Shown here in pieces: positions 48,946 to 49,531 of a stretch of 49,531 nucleotides of DNA. Both the position numbers and the translations under genes were made by a program. This stretch comes from Gammaproteobacteria bacterium (GTDB lineage Bacteria; Pseudomonadota; Gammaproteobacteria; SZUA-229). Numbering within the stretch: the stretch's first letter is position 1; the number at the start of each line of letters is the position of its first letter. Below the pieces are notes generated by a model. It saw nothing but the letters and a program-made list of their open reading frames with translations. It was not told where the DNA came from and did not search any database. The DNA is taken from assembly GCA_013042055.1 (NCBI GenBank), contig JABDQW010000024.1, forward strand, positions 1 to 49,531, in the 5' to 3' direction.

Positions 48946-49203
48946 ATGAAGCAAGTCATCTGTTCAGTATTAATGCTTGGCTCTATCACGCTGTTGGCTT
49001 CCTGTACAGTTGGTAGCAGCGGTGGAGGCGTCTACCGTCACTATCACGGACACAGTCCCTGGTATGGCCCGTATGGTTACTACCCCGATGGCGGTGTTAT
49101 CGTGGTGCCGGATGATTCCGTGGTAGAAGCCACCCCGTTGCCTTCCGGGCCGGAGATGATGCCCGATTTTGGCATGCCGATGGATATGGGCATGGACTTC
49201 TGA
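48946..49203 (+). CDS. small lipoprotein, His/Tyr/Gly- and Met-rich
   Basis: 85 aa with a strong SD (GGAGG) and lipobox LLASC. The mature part contains YRHYHGHSPWYGPYGYY and the C-terminal MMPDFGMPMDMGMDF. Confidence 0.65.
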   Translation: MKQVICSVLMLGSITLLASCTVGSSGGGVYRHYHGHSPWYGPYGYYPDGGVIVVPDDSVVEATPLPSGPEMMPDFGMPMDMGMDF

Positions 49204-49232
49204 TCATATTGACGCGGGTTTGTATTGACACT

Positions 49233-49254
49233 GTAGGAGGCTTCAGCCGCGAAT
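49233..49254. repeat. REP family B unit (GTAGGAGGCTTCAGCCGCGAAT)
   Basis: It has the same architecture as the GTAGGAGCGACTTCAGTCGCGA core of the 10245-10401 element, with a GGCT-TC-AGCC hairpin, and lies just after the lipoprotein stop. Confidence 0.6.
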
Positions 49255-49531
49255 CGGTCGGAGTCACTGTCATCTCCGCATGTGAGAGATTTCCCGACTC
49301 CATGGAGACTTCACTCTCCGGTCGAAATAACAGCATTATCGTTCGTGAATGACAGTATGTTGTTAACGGCTGTAGCCACACCAGTTAATTTCAGCATTCG
49401 GCGTCAGGCTAAAGACATATCTGTGTCTTACCCGAATGGCACTTACTTAACAGCTATCGTCCGGCAATCGACCCGCCGACACGGGTTACTTCTTCCGGAA
49501 AACGCCGTGAATACGTCCGTGTAGGCTCGAC

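Noticed and set aside
49282-49524. 80-aa plus-strand ORF at the right edge.
   Set aside because: No SD and no recognisable motif, and it starts inside or next to a REP unit. There is insufficient support to call it a gene.

Overview
This looks like a gammaproteobacterial chromosomal window, and almost all coding is on the minus strand. Contents from left to right:

- **(1) rSAM/selenodomain module:** three genes (two transferases plus an ArsS-like radical SAM protein). The first gene is missing from the ORF track because it runs off the left edge.
- **(2) Housekeeping block:** purA-hisZ-DUF2065-hflC-hflK-hflX-hfq-miaA-mutL.
- **(3) AT-richer island, about 2.2 kb, plus strand:** a small ORF, a Cys-rich MerR regulator and an unknown 259-aa protein.
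- **(4) Polar-flagellum cluster, about 21 kb:** fleS-fleR, fliEFGHIJ, fliK, an orphan secreted protein, fliLMNOPQR, flhBA, flhFG and fliA. Three sigma-54 promoters are readable, upstream of fleS, fliK and fliL.
- **(5) Orphan gene:** a plus-strand gene with a PD-(D/E)xK-like motif.
- **(6) Chemosensory-like operon, about 5 kb:** STAS, unknown 229 aa, cheR, cheD, cheB, cheY, a four-repeat MshEN/T2SSE_N-like protein and a CheX-like protein. It has no CheA, CheW or receptor. I consider this the most interesting locus in the window.
- **(7) Foldback element:** a 170-nt imperfect foldback that ends in a plus-strand intrinsic terminator.
- **(8) Remaining genes:** short-type citrate synthase, cytochrome c5, a membrane fatty-acid desaturase, ilvD, a two-domain VOC lipoprotein and a tiny His/Met/Tyr-rich lipoprotein.

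Two families of short dispersed repeats (REP/MITE-like) are present. I saw no rRNA, tRNA, CRISPR array, transposase or integrase. All calls come from reading the sequence and ORF translations; no database search was run.
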